A DNA stretch of 64,000 nucleotides from Candidatus Poribacteria bacterium (GTDB lineage Bacteria; Poribacteria; WGA-4E; PCPOR2b), in assembly GCA_965116925.1 (NCBI GenBank), contig OZ220744.1, positions 448,001 through 512,000 on the forward strand, read 5' to 3'. Position 1 is the first letter of the stretch. Each line of letters opens with the position of its first letter. The notes under the pieces were generated by a model. It did not search any database. It saw nothing but the letters and a program-made list of their open reading frames with translations, and was not told where the DNA came from. Position numbers and translations under genes: made by a program. This document shows, piece after piece, positions 1 through 9,849 of this stretch.

Positions 1-174
1 ATCGCTGGTATCGTTTATTTTTTCTCCGCACTTACATTGAGTATCATCTTTCTTGGGTTCGGCGTTAACCTATCAATTTCTCGATCGACCATAGCAGCAA
101 AACGGTTGCTGTACGCCTCACTGATATACCTGCCGCTGGTGTTTCTGGCAATGGCACTCGACAGGTTGGCATAA
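1..174 (+). CDS. ctaB: Protoheme IX farnesyltransferase (heme o synthase), 3' fragment
   Basis: Frame 1 reads IAGIVYFFSALTLSIIFLGFG...AAKRLLYASLIYLPLVFLAMALDRLA*, typical of the CtaB/CyoE C-terminus; directly upstream of oxidase subunit III genes. Confidence 0.8.
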   Translation: MAGIVYFFSALTLSIIFLGFGVNLSISRSTIAAKRLLYASLIYLPLVFLAMALDRLA

Positions 175-197
175 TGGCATGGAGGCATTAAATCTAT

Positions 198-308
198 ATG
201 AGTGATAATGAAAAACGGAGTCACAACCGACGCATCGGTTGGTTCTTATTCGCGGTATTTATCGTCCTATTTATTTTTGCAACGATTCTCGCAATCGTCA
301 AAAACTAA
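198..308 (+). CDS. 36-aa single-TM peptide, putative oxidase-associated small protein
   Basis: MSDNEKRSHNRRIGWFLFAVFIVLFIFATILAIVKN*; GGAGG at 181-185; fills the gap between ctaB and subunit III. Confidence 0.6.
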   Translation: MSDNEKRSHNRRIGWFLFAVFIVLFIFATILAIVKN

Positions 309-337
309 CGTATTGTAATCAAGGGGTTTCACCGCCG

Positions 338-943
338 ATGAATGAAGTAGACCACACATCATACGAACATGCCGAAGGGGAAGATCGACCAATCAGCAAT
401 GCACGTTTAGCTGTGTTGGTACTCCTCGGTGCCGAAATCATGTTTTTCGCGGGGTTGATTGGCACATTCCTTGTATTCCGCTTGGGGAGTGTCACTTGGC
501 CGCCACCCTCACAGGCTGATGTCCGCTTGCCCATTGGTGTGACTGGACTGAACACAATCGTCCTGCTCTTGAGCGGCTATACGATGTTTCAAGGGCTGCG
601 AGCCATTCGGCAAGACCGTCAGAAAGAACTCAGAAACTGGCTTTTCGCCACGGGACTTCTTGGGGTAATTTTCCTTGTTGTGCAAGGTTCCGAATGGGTA
701 CGATTAGTGCAGCATGGATTTACGCTTTCGTCGGGAGTGTACGGCTCAGTTTTCTACGTCCTCATCGGTTGTCACGCCCTGCATGTTCTGATCGCAGTCC
801 TCTGGCTGTTAGCTGTTTTCGCTAGAGCAATGGCCGGTCGGTTTTCAGTGAACCACTACCTTGGGGTTGAAGTTTGTGCAATTTATTGGGCGTTTGTTGT
901 CGTGTTATGGCCCCTTCTTTATGTGCTTGTCTACTTAATCTAA
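338..943 (+). CDS. Heme-copper oxidase subunit III family protein
   Basis: AEIMFFAGL, NTIVLLLSG, FYVLIGCHALHV, YWAFV motifs; ATG 338 preferred over the ORF-track start at 239. Confidence 0.9.
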   Translation: MNEVDHTSYEHAEGEDRPISNARLAVLVLLGAEIMFFAGLIGTFLVFRLGSVTWPPPSQADVRLPIGVTGLNTIVLLLSGYTMFQGLRAIRQDRQKELRNWLFATGLLGVIFLVVQGSEWVRLVQHGFTLSSGVYGSVFYVLIGCHALHVLIAVLWLLAVFARAMAGRFSVNHYLGVEVCAIYWAFVVVLWPLLYVLVYLI

Positions 944-974
944 ATGGAGAAGAAAAACGCCGAGGAGATTTTTT

Positions 975-1229
975 ATGATTTGTCGATATTTTTCACTTAT
1001 AGTAGGGATTTTGGTTCTCGCATTACTCGTACCGGTAGTTGTGGAAGCCTGTCCCTCATGTAAAACGATTGATGACCCAATTGTTCAGGGCTTCAAGTGG
1101 AGTATTCTATTCCTTATGGCGATGCCCTATATTGTTTCCGGTCTAATTGGCGGTGGCGTGTTCTATGTATACTACCGCACACATCGGGCCGATAATCGTA
1201 AACCACCTTCTAATGTGAAAGGAGTGTGA
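975..1229 (+). CDS. Small membrane protein with signal peptide, CxxC (ACPSC) and C-terminal TM helix
   Basis: GAGGAG RBS; inside oxidase operon; SILFLMAMPY TM segment. Confidence 0.7.
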   Translation: MICRYFSLIVGILVLALLVPVVVEACPSCKTIDDPIVQGFKWSILFLMAMPYIVSGLIGGGVFYVYYRTHRADNRKPPSNVKGV

Positions 1230-1232
1230 AAA

Positions 1233-1877
1233 TTGGAAGAAACTACAACACTCGATCATTCCGCAGATGTCTACGAACCATCCCTCACGCCCGACAGTCT
1301 GGGCAAGTTGGGGATGTGGCTCTTTCTTATTAGCGATGCGATGTCGTTTGGCGCATTGCTCGCTGCCTATGGTGCTATACGCGCTGGCGCAGCGGAGTGG
1401 GTGCCGCCACCCGAAATACTCGGTATTAACCTCACAGCGGGTATGACCTTTCTGTTAATCTGTAGTAGTGTTACGATGGTCAAAGCCCTCGAAGCTATCC
1501 AGAACGGGAATCAACAGAGGATGTGTACCTTCCTCGGCTTGACCATTCTGGGTGGACTAATTTTCTTGGGACTCCAAGCATATGAATGGACTGCCCTGAT
1601 CAAGCACGGTCTCACCCTCACCACGATCCCTCATCACGGATTGTCTGGTGCTGAGATTTCCGGCTCGGTGCTCTTTGGTCCCACCTTCTACACCATTACA
1701 GGTTTCCACGGTGCCCACGTCACCGGTGGGGTCATCTACCTCATCGTTATCTTGATTAAGGGGCTGCGAGGAACGTACACAGCCGAGTATAACCACAAAG
1801 TCGAGATTTTGGGGCTATATTGGCACTTCGTTGACCTAATTTGGATCATGGTCTTTACTTTTGTTTATCTACTGTAA
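1233..1877 (+). CDS. Heme-copper oxidase subunit III family protein (second copy)
   Basis: GKLGMWLFLISDAMSF, FYTITGFHGAHVTGG, GLYWHFVDLIW. Confidence 0.93.
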   Translation: MEETTTLDHSADVYEPSLTPDSLGKLGMWLFLISDAMSFGALLAAYGAIRAGAAEWVPPPEILGINLTAGMTFLLICSSVTMVKALEAIQNGNQQRMCTFLGLTILGGLIFLGLQAYEWTALIKHGLTLTTIPHHGLSGAEISGSVLFGPTFYTITGFHGAHVTGGVIYLIVILIKGLRGTYTAEYNHKVEILGLYWHFVDLIWIMVFTFVYLL

Positions 1878-1897
1878 TCACCGAATGGAGAATCAAG

Positions 1898-2227
1898 ATG
1901 GAACACGCTCATAAAGAACATCCGAAATACATGAGAATATTTTGGATACTGCTTGCACTCACGGTCGCTGAAGTTGCTGTCGTCTACATGCCGCTTCCAA
2001 AAATTGTGATAGCACTTCTGCTGATTGGTATGGCATGTTCTAAGGCGCTTTATGTCGCGCTCTATTTCATGCACCTGAAATTTGAGCAGAAGACCTTGAT
2101 GGTCATTGCGTTGACACCTTTTATTATCTGTGTTTTTCTCGTGTTTATGCTGCTGCCAGATCTGATGGACGATGCTCGCCATGAGGGAGCTAAGGCGGAA
2201 TCGCAGGTCGTTGATACATCTCACTAA
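1898..2227 (+). CDS. Cytochrome c oxidase subunit IV family protein
   Basis: LLALTVAEV...KALYVALYFMHLKFE; GGAG RBS before ATG 1898. Confidence 0.88.
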   Translation: MEHAHKEHPKYMRIFWILLALTVAEVAVVYMPLPKIVIALLLIGMACSKALYVALYFMHLKFEQKTLMVIALTPFIICVFLVFMLLPDLMDDARHEGAKAESQVVDTSH

Positions 2228-2289
2228 TCTAAAAAGTAATGCGTGAAACGTGGTAAATTTTACGTTCCACGTCTTAGGGTTCATGCTGC

Positions 2290-2961
2290 ATGTCTATGGA
2301 AGCCGAAGTGAAATCTTCAGAACAGGACGCTAGACCCAGTGATCGCACGCTGCGCGGAATTCTCTGGGGTGTGTTAGCCCTCGTGATTGTTGGCATCTTA
2401 GGTGCCAATCTCTGGTCATTTGTTCACCAAAAGTCCGGCGCGACCACAGAGTCGACAAGTGCATTGTCGGAATTCGCAGTTCATCAACAACTGCCGGACT
2501 TTTCCTTGACAGATCAGTTTGGCACCTCCTTTGCTTCGTCCGATCTCCACGACAAAGTCTGGGTTGCAGATTTCATCTTTACCAGTTGTGCAACAATCTG
2601 TCCACCAATGACAGTTCAGATGGCAAGTCTGCAAGACGAGTTTGCGGGGGAGGCTGTCCATTTTGTCTCTTTTTCCGTTGATCCCGAACGAGATACGCCT
2701 ACAGTTCTCCGTCGTTATGCGGATAACTATGGGGCGGATGGTGGTCGTTGGGCATTCTTGACAGGGCAGAAAACGGCTATCTATCAGCTAGCTCACGAAG
2801 GTTTTAACTTAGCAACCGGTCACCGAGGAAGTGAAATTCTTCACAGCACTCGGTTTGTGCTCGTTGATCGAAATCAGCAGTTGCGAGGCTACTATGAAAG
2901 CCGAAGCCCGGGGTCGCTGCAGCAGTTGCGTAAAGATATAAGAACGTTGCTTGAAAAATAA
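2290..2961 (+). CDS. SCO/SenC copper chaperone
   Basis: N-terminal TM, FIFTSCATICP (CxxxC), SVDPERD, HSTRFVLVD. Confidence 0.92.
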   Translation: MSMEAEVKSSEQDARPSDRTLRGILWGVLALVIVGILGANLWSFVHQKSGATTESTSALSEFAVHQQLPDFSLTDQFGTSFASSDLHDKVWVADFIFTSCATICPPMTVQMASLQDEFAGEAVHFVSFSVDPERDTPTVLRRYADNYGADGGRWAFLTGQKTAIYQLAHEGFNLATGHRGSEILHSTRFVLVDRNQQLRGYYESRSPGSLQQLRKDIRTLLEK

Positions 2962-2972
2962 GGAGTCTGTTC

Positions 2973-3779
2973 ATGAATCATCCAGAATTAACTTTAACCG
3001 ATCGCCGATTCGGTCAAACTAGACGCCACGATGCTTGGTGGGTGCAACCGCTAGTGGTCTTTCTAGGATTATCTATTTTCGGTCTCTATGCAACATGGGC
3101 GGTCTTTCAGGGGGATCATTATCATCACGAGTCATATCTGTCTCCCTTCTATTCGCCGCTGCTATTTGATACCGCAGGACATGATTCAGGACATAGTTGG
3201 TTTGATGGTAAGCCCGACTGGTTGCCTCTCTGGTTTTCACCGGCAATTCTCATTCTTTGGGCACCGCTCGGTTTTCGTTTCACCTGTTACTACTATCGCG
3301 GAGCCTATTACAAAGCTTTTTGGGCGGATCCACCCTCATGTACTGTTAGTGAACCGCGCAAGGGATACCGGGGCGAAGGCTCATTTCCGCTCATTATTCA
3401 AAATGTGCATCGCTACTTCCTGTATCTTGCGCTCGTTTTCATAGTGATTCTTGCCTACGATGCTTGGACAGCATTATGGTTTGACGATGGGAGCGGTGGA
3501 AAATCGTTTGGTATCGGTATTGGTACACTAATATTGACAGGCAATGTTATATTTCTGGGTGGCTACACGCTCGGTTGCCACTCATTGCGCCATCTTGTCG
3601 GGGGCATCCGCGATAGGCTTTCAGGCGCACCCATTCGTCGAACTGCTTACAATTGCGTCAGTTGTTTGAATCGTCGCCACATGCTCTGGGCGTGGATGAG
3701 CCTATGCTGGGTAGGGCTTTCGGACGTTTATGTTCGGTTGTGTTCGATGGGAATCTTGTCGGACTGGAGGATTTTGTAG
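2973..3779 (+). CDS. Succinate dehydrogenase membrane anchor, Sdh1/type-F-like
   Basis: FRFTCYYYRGAYYKAFWADPPSC, QNVHRY, GCHSLRH, RHMLWAW; upstream of flavoprotein and Fe-S subunits. Confidence 0.85.
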   Translation: MNHPELTLTDRRFGQTRRHDAWWVQPLVVFLGLSIFGLYATWAVFQGDHYHHESYLSPFYSPLLFDTAGHDSGHSWFDGKPDWLPLWFSPAILILWAPLGFRFTCYYYRGAYYKAFWADPPSCTVSEPRKGYRGEGSFPLIIQNVHRYFLYLALVFIVILAYDAWTALWFDDGSGGKSFGIGIGTLILTGNVIFLGGYTLGCHSLRHLVGGIRDRLSGAPIRRTAYNCVSCLNRRHMLWAWMSLCWVGLSDVYVRLCSMGILSDWRIL

Positions 3780-5593
3780 TGGCACAATACGAAACGCATG
3801 AATATGATGTGTTAGTCATCGGGGCAGGCGGTGCAGGTCTGAGAGCTGCTATCGAAGCCTCGGCTGCCGGTGTGTCTGTAGGACTGATCTGTAAATCTTT
3901 GCTCGGCAAAGCGCATACGGTTATGGCGGAAGGTGGTGTTGCTGCAGCACTAGCAAATGTTGACGAGCGAGATGGATGGCGCGTTCACTTTGCTGACACC
4001 ATGCGAGGCGGTCAATATCTGAACAACTGGCGCATGGCAGAACTTCACGCCAAAGAAGCCCCGGACCGAGTCCACGAATTAGAAGCGTGGGGCGCACTGT
4101 TTGACCGGACGCAGGACGGACGCATCTTGCAACGAAATTTCGGTGGTCATCAATACCCTCGACTTGCTCATGTTGGGGATCGCACCGGGTTGGAAATGAT
4201 TCGTGTCCTGCAAGACCACGGTATCCATCAAGGTGTTGATGTCCACATGGAATGCACAGTCATATCGCTGCTGAAAAACGACGGTCGCGTTGTTGGAGCC
4301 TTCGGTTACGAGCGCGAGAAAGGGCGGTTCAAGGTGTTCTCCGCCAAAGCGGTTGTGCTTGCCACCGGTGGTGTGGGCAAGGCTTATAAAATTACGAGCA
4401 ACAGCTGGGAATATACCGGCGATGGACACTCGCTCGCCTACCATGCAGGTGCCGAATTAATTGACATGGAGTTTGTACAGTTTCATCCAACCGGCATGGT
4501 TTGGCCCCCCAGTGTGCGGGGTATACTAGTCACGGAGGGTGTCCGCGGTGAGGGCGGAATTCTGACGAATAGCGAGGGGCAGCGATTTATGTTTGACCAT
4601 ATACCGGAGCTTTATCAGAATCAAACCTCTGACGACCCAGAAGAAGGCTGGCGATATACACAGGGCGATCGAGATGCTCGCAGGCCTCCAGAACTCCTCA
4701 CACGTGACCATGTGGCTCGGTGTATTGTTCGCGAGGTACAAGAAGGGCGCGGAAGTCCGCACGGCGGTGTCTTTCTCGATATTTCATGGATCTCGGAAAA
4801 GATTTCCAACGCCGAAGAGCACATCAAACGGAAGCTACCCAGCATGTATCACCAATTTTCGCAGTTAGCGGATATTGATATCACCAAAGAACCGATGGAG
4901 GTGGGACCAACGACCCATTACATCATGGGCGGTATTCGGGTAGATGCCGACTCACAGATGACCTCGGTGCCGGGGCTTTTCGCGGGGGGTGAATGTGGTG
5001 CAGGATTGCACGGTGCGAATCGATTAGGCGGCAACTCGCTCTCTGACCTGCTGGTTTTTGGTAAGCGTGCAGGTGAGTACGCCGCACAATTTGCCAAAGA
5101 AAATGGTGCAGGTGAAGTAGACGCAGCGGAGATCGAGGAAGTTGCAAGTTGGGCGTTAAAGCCTTTCGACAACGCAGCGGGTGAGAATCCATTCCAAATT
5201 CAGTACGATTTGCAAGATATGATGCAAGATCTCGTTGGCATCGCTCGGAGCGACGAAGGGCTAAACAACGCCCGCGAAGAACTCCAGAAACTCACAGAAC
5301 GCTCCGACCAAGCGGGGGTCGTTGGGAATCGTGAGTATAATCCGGGTTGGCACACAGCACTGGATCTGCATTGCATGCTCACAATATCTGAAGCTATTGC
5401 GCTTGCAGCGTTGGAACGAAGGGCAAGCATCGGTGCCCATTCTCGTGACGATTATCCTGAGAAAGAGGAACCGGGGGCAGGTAGGTATAACACCGTCGTC
5501 CGCAAGAATGCAGATGGTGAAATGGAGGTCACTCGGGAGCCGATACCCGAAATTCGCGAAGACCTCCAAGCAGTGATAGAGGAGATGGGCTAA
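3779..5593 (+). CDS. sdhA: Succinate dehydrogenase/fumarate reductase flavoprotein subunit
   Basis: GAGGAG, HTVMAEGG, QFHPTG, TEGVRGEGG, HYIMGG, HGANRLGGNSL; GTG start overlaps upstream stop. Confidence 0.95.
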   Translation: MAQYETHEYDVLVIGAGGAGLRAAIEASAAGVSVGLICKSLLGKAHTVMAEGGVAAALANVDERDGWRVHFADTMRGGQYLNNWRMAELHAKEAPDRVHELEAWGALFDRTQDGRILQRNFGGHQYPRLAHVGDRTGLEMIRVLQDHGIHQGVDVHMECTVISLLKNDGRVVGAFGYEREKGRFKVFSAKAVVLATGGVGKAYKITSNSWEYTGDGHSLAYHAGAELIDMEFVQFHPTGMVWPPSVRGILVTEGVRGEGGILTNSEGQRFMFDHIPELYQNQTSDDPEEGWRYTQGDRDARRPPELLTRDHVARCIVREVQEGRGSPHGGVFLDISWISEKISNAEEHIKRKLPSMYHQFSQLADIDITKEPMEVGPTTHYIMGGIRVDADSQMTSVPGLFAGGECGAGLHGANRLGGNSLSDLLVFGKRAGEYAAQFAKENGAGEVDAAEIEEVASWALKPFDNAAGENPFQIQYDLQDMMQDLVGIARSDEGLNNAREELQKLTERSDQAGVVGNREYNPGWHTALDLHCMLTISEAIALAALERRASIGAHSRDDYPEKEEPGAGRYNTVVRKNADGEMEVTREPIPEIREDLQAVIEEMG

Positions 5594-6339
5594 TGGCAAC
5601 AGCAACGTTCAGAATATGGCGAGGCGACGCTAATGAAGGGAAATTCGTCGACTATGAAACAGAGGTCTCTGAAGGGATGGTGGTTCTCGATGTCGTTCAT
5701 AAGATTCAGGCGGAACAGGCGAACGATCTCGCAGTACGCTGGAACTGCAAAGCCGGGAAGTGCGGATCCTGTTCGGCAGAGGTCAACGGAAATCCCAAGT
5801 TGATGTGTATGACCCGGCTTAACGACATCCCGCTTGATGCGCCGGTGACGGTTGAGCCGATGCACGCATTTCCGCTCATCAAGGATTTGGTCACCGATGT
5901 TTCGTGGAACTTTGAAGTCAAGAAAAAAATTAAACCGTTCAATCCAAGACCACCTGACGCTGAAGACGGTACTTGGCGAATGGCACAAGAGGACATTGAT
6001 CGCGTACAAGAATTTCGCAAATGTATCGAATGTTACCTATGTCAGGATGTGTGCCATGTGCTGCGCGAGCATGATCTGCACGACAAGTTCATCGGTCCCC
6101 GATTTTTCGTTTACGCCGCGGCTCTGGAGATGCATCCTCTTGACAATGAGAATCGGCTGGAGGAATTGAAAGACACGGATGGCATCGGCTATTGCAACAT
6201 CACTAAATGCTGCACGAAGGTCTGTCCGGAACATATCACGATTACCGATAATGCCATTATTCCACTTAAAGAACGGGTTGTAGACCAATTCTATGATCCG
6301 ATCAAAAAGCTTTTCCGGATTTTTCGACCGCAGAAATGA
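5593..6339 (+). CDS. sdhB: Succinate dehydrogenase/fumarate reductase Fe-S subunit
   Basis: CKAGKCGSC..C, CIECYLCQDVC, CNITKCCTKVCP. Confidence 0.95.
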   Translation: MATATFRIWRGDANEGKFVDYETEVSEGMVVLDVVHKIQAEQANDLAVRWNCKAGKCGSCSAEVNGNPKLMCMTRLNDIPLDAPVTVEPMHAFPLIKDLVTDVSWNFEVKKKIKPFNPRPPDAEDGTWRMAQEDIDRVQEFRKCIECYLCQDVCHVLREHDLHDKFIGPRFFVYAAALEMHPLDNENRLEELKDTDGIGYCNITKCCTKVCPEHITITDNAIIPLKERVVDQFYDPIKKLFRIFRPQK

Positions 6340-6358
6340 TGTAGGTGTGGAGAGGTAA

Positions 6359-7747
6359 ATGCAAACAAGAACTGAATCAGACAGCATGGGGAAGATTGAG
6401 GTCCCAACAGATCGGTATTGGGGAGCACAGACCCAGCGTTCATTGCAAAATTTCAAGATTGGCGGGGAACGCTTCCCGCGTGAGATGATCTGGGCACTCG
6501 GCATCGTCAAGCAATCTGTCGCTGAGGTAAACGCAGGGTTGGGAACGCTAGACGCGGATCTGGCTGAAATTATCATCAAAGCCGCACAAGAAGTGATTGA
6601 GGGCGATCTGGATGATCACTTTCCGCTGGTCGTTTGGCAGACCGGCAGCGGCACCCAAACCAACATGAACGCCAACGAAGTGATATCGAACCGTGCCATT
6701 GAGATGCTTGGTGGCGTCCTCGGCAGCAAAGAGCCCATCCACCCTAACGATCACGTCAACAAATCTCAATCTACCAACGATGCCTTTCCAACAGCTATCC
6801 ATGTCGCTGTTGTTGACCGCATTCACAATCATCTCATTCCTTCGGTGACTGCTCTGCGCGATGCGCTTTCAGCGAAAGCCGAAGCCTTTAAGGATATCGT
6901 TAAAACCGGACGCACTCATCTCCAAGATGCCACCCCGTTGACATTGGGACAGGCGTTTTCTGGATATGTCACGCAATTAAATAATTCGCTCCGCGCAATC
7001 GATCATACGCTGCCACACCTGTATGAACTACCAATTGGTGGGACAGCAGTCGGCACCGGACTAAACGCCCATCCCGAATACGCGACAAAAGCTGCCGCCG
7101 CAATCTCGAAGCGTACCGGATTTTCCTTTGTAACTGCGCCCAACAAGTTTGAAGCTCTCGGTGCTAGAGATGCTATTGTCGAGGCAAGCGGTGCTATCAA
7201 AACCCTAGCATGTGCACTGAACAAAATAGCAAACGACCTCCGCTGGCTTGGCAGCGGTCCTCGCTGCGGCATTGGCGAACTTCTGTTGCCGGAGAACGAG
7301 CCGGGAAGTTCGATTATGCCGGGGAAAGTGAACCCGACACAATGCGAAGCCATGACAATGGTTTGCGCCCAAGTTATCGGCAGCGATACGACGGTTGCTA
7401 TTGCAGGTGCATCCGGCAATTTTGAACTGAATGTGTTTATGCCCGTCATCGCTTTTAACGCTCTCCAATCCATCCGGCTGCTTGCGGATGCCTGTGATTC
7501 GTTCAATGAAAATTGTGTCGTTGGTATTGAGCCGAATCAGGAGAAAATTCAGGAATACCTGAACGATTCACTGATGCTTGTCACCGCGCTGAATCCTTAT
7601 ATCGGCTACGACAACGCAGCGTTGGTCGCCAAAACTGCACATCAGGAAGGCAAAACGCTACGGCAGACTGTGGTCGAACTGAATCTGTTGAGTGAGGAAG
7701 AGTTTGACCGAGTTGTCGTTCCCAGCCAGATGATTGGCCCGAAGTAA
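6359..7747 (+). CDS. fumC: Class II fumarate hydratase
   Basis: [38 protein letters not shown]. Confidence 0.97.
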   Translation: MQTRTESDSMGKIEVPTDRYWGAQTQRSLQNFKIGGERFPREMIWALGIVKQSVAEVNAGLGTLDADLAEIIIKAAQEVIEGDLDDHFPLVVWQTGSGTQTNMNANEVISNRAIEMLGGVLGSKEPIHPNDHVNKSQSTNDAFPTAIHVAVVDRIHNHLIPSVTALRDALSAKAEAFKDIVKTGRTHLQDATPLTLGQAFSGYVTQLNNSLRAIDHTLPHLYELPIGGTAVGTGLNAHPEYATKAAAAISKRTGFSFVTAPNKFEALGARDAIVEASGAIKTLACALNKIANDLRWLGSGPRCGIGELLLPENEPGSSIMPGKVNPTQCEAMTMVCAQVIGSDTTVAIAGASGNFELNVFMPVIAFNALQSIRLLADACDSFNENCVVGIEPNQEKIQEYLNDSLMLVTALNPYIGYDNAALVAKTAHQEGKTLRQTVVELNLLSEEEFDRVVVPSQMIGPK

Positions 7748-7792
7748 AGTTGACAATTAACACGGATAAAAGACATTATATTTGAAACGAAG

Positions 7793-7851
7793 AGAAACCG
7801 AGTTTTTTCTTGAAAACTCGGTTTCTGTTGCGCGCTTTCTCAACATGAGCC
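7793..7851. repeat. Palindrome (GAAACCGAGTTTT...AAAACTCGGTTTC) plus element end, family D
   Basis: Same palindrome at ~25996, ~26469, ~45162; end ...CTTTCTYAACATGAGCC shared with 16371-16484. Confidence 0.75.
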
Positions 7852-7896
7852 AAAAATATAATACGTTAATGGAAAATCGACATTGGAGGGAGAAGG

Positions 7897-9840
7897 ATGT
7901 ATAAAAAAATCTATGTACCGGTTGACAACTCGGACCATTCCGATGCAAGCGTCAATTTCGCTGTAGAGTTCGCCAAAAAATTTCAATCGCAACTCGTTGG
8001 CTCTCATGTCTATGCCGCGAAGATGCACGATGTTCGCTTCAAACAGATGGAGTACACGCTGCCCGAAGAATATCAAGACGAAGCTGAACTTGAGAAGCAG
8101 CGCCGAATCCATGACACATTGATTACGATGGGACTTCAGTTAATCTCTGATTCCTACCTAGAAGTCATGAAGAATAAATGCGCCGAAAATGACATCCCCT
8201 TTGAAGCCAAAATGCCTGAAGGCAAACACTTCATCAAGTTGGCGGAAGACATCCAGGCGAGCGATTACGACCTCGTGATCATGGGTGCTCTCGGTATGGG
8301 AGCCGTTAAGGATAGTCTACTCGGCGGCGTTGTTGAACGGGTTGTGCGGCGTATTGAGACTGATACCCTTGTAGTCCGAAATATAGAAGCTATGCACGAG
8401 CAGAAGGGGCATATTCTCGTTGGGATCGATGGCAGCCCTGAGTCCTTTGGTGGATTGAAAACAGCAATCCGGCTCGGCAAGGCGTTCGGTAGACAGGTTG
8501 AGGCAGTTGGTGTCTACGACCCGTATCTCCACTACGTGGTTTTCAATTCGGTCGTCAGCGTCCTGACAGAGCGAGCCTCCAAAACCTTCCGATTCAAAGA
8601 GCAGGAACAATTGCACGAAGAAGTAATTGACACCGGGCTTGCCAAGATCTATCAATCCCATCTAGAGATTGCCCGGACCATCGCCAAGGAAGACCACAAC
8701 TACGACCTCAAAATCACCTTGCTGGATGGCAAAGCGTTTGAGAAGATCCTGCAATACGCCCGAAAGACTGAACCGTGGATGTTGATGCTGGGCAGAATCG
8801 GTGTCCACAGCGATCCCGATATGGACATCGGCAGCAATACCGAAAACTTACTGCGCCTTGCCCCGTGTAATGTATTCCTGTCGAGCCAGCGGTACGTTCC
8901 CAAAGTTGATGTCAGAGCGGAGGAGACGGTGGTCTGGACACAGGAAGCCTTAGATCGGATGTCAAAAGCACCACCGCAGGTGCAGGGTATCGCACGCACC
9001 GCTGTTCACCGTTTTGCCATTGAACGCGGACACTCCGTGATTACCGAGAGCGTCATTGAGCAGGCGATGGAGACCTTTATGCCGGGACGCTCAGCGGAAC
9101 GGATGACCAAGGTTGCCAAAGAGATTGCAACGCAAACGGTTTTGGATTCCAATGCGATTAAGACCTACATCTGTGGCGATTGTGGTTATGCCGCCCGCGA
9201 CCAAGAGCCCGTGAAATGTCCCGTCTGCGGCGTGGACGGTGACCGATTCCAGATGGTCGATAAAGATTCGCTCCAGAGGGTTGCGGATCAGGAGGGCGGC
9301 GTGAGTGAAGAGCAAACCTTCGACGGTGTGCGCCTCCAGTGGTCAGATCAGGCGAAAAAGGCTTTACGGAATGTCCCACGAGGATATATGCGTCGCAACG
9401 TCAAAGCGCGAATCGAAAAATCGGCGCGTGTCCAGAAAATCGGTACAATCACCAACGATTTTGCGATGCAGATCATCAACGAGAGCATGGATCAGGCGTC
9501 CGCTGTCCGCGAAGACGCGCCCGAACTGAAAGCTGTCGCACAGTCCCGTGAGTCCGCTGATACCTCCCAAGAAGAAACATTTGAGAGTTCACTTGAATGG
9601 ATGCCAGATGCCCGTGCACGGTTGGATCTCGTGCCCGCTGGGTTTATGCGAAATATCACGCAATCCCGTGTCGAGCAGCGAGCGCAGGAAGCGAACCTCA
9701 CGACAATCAACCTAGATTTTGCAGCGCAGGTGATTGAGGAAGGACGGAGTCTGGACAATGAGGTGCTTGGGACATATTACCAACAGGCCGAACACCCTGC
9801 TGAAGCGGAGAGTGATGAAGAGGAGCCGACGCAAGCGTAA
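7897..9840 (+). CDS. Multidomain protein: 2x USP + PCP_red-like + rubredoxin-like + 2x PCP_red-like
   Basis: KKIYVPVDNSDHS/GALGMG..GGVVERVVR and ILVGIDGSPES/GSNTENLLR USP domains; CGDCGY-x10-CPVCG; three W(T/S/M)xxA...P...R...I(T/N) modules. Confidence 0.85.
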   Translation: MYKKIYVPVDNSDHSDASVNFAVEFAKKFQSQLVGSHVYAAKMHDVRFKQMEYTLPEEYQDEAELEKQRRIHDTLITMGLQLISDSYLEVMKNKCAENDIPFEAKMPEGKHFIKLAEDIQASDYDLVIMGALGMGAVKDSLLGGVVERVVRRIETDTLVVRNIEAMHEQKGHILVGIDGSPESFGGLKTAIRLGKAFGRQVEAVGVYDPYLHYVVFNSVVSVLTERASKTFRFKEQEQLHEEVIDTGLAKIYQSHLEIARTIAKEDHNYDLKITLLDGKAFEKILQYARKTEPWMLMLGRIGVHSDPDMDIGSNTENLLRLAPCNVFLSSQRYVPKVDVRAEETVVWTQEALDRMSKAPPQVQGIARTAVHRFAIERGHSVITESVIEQAMETFMPGRSAERMTKVAKEIATQTVLDSNAIKTYICGDCGYAARDQEPVKCPVCGVDGDRFQMVDKDSLQRVADQEGGVSEEQTFDGVRLQWSDQAKKALRNVPRGYMRRNVKARIEKSARVQKIGTITNDFAMQIINESMDQASAVREDAPELKAVAQSRESADTSQEETFESSLEWMPDARARLDLVPAGFMRNITQSRVEQRAQEANLTTINLDFAAQVIEEGRSLDNEVLGTYYQQAEHPAEAESDEEEPTQA

Positions 9841-9849
9841 AATCATGTC

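Noticed and set aside
3653..3778. ORF-track N-terminal extension of sdhA
   Set aside because: Overlaps the anchor gene; the coupled GTG at 3779 fits the family start
7750..7779. Promoter TTGACA-18 nt-CATTAT for the PCP cluster
   Set aside because: Weak -10 and non-optimal spacing
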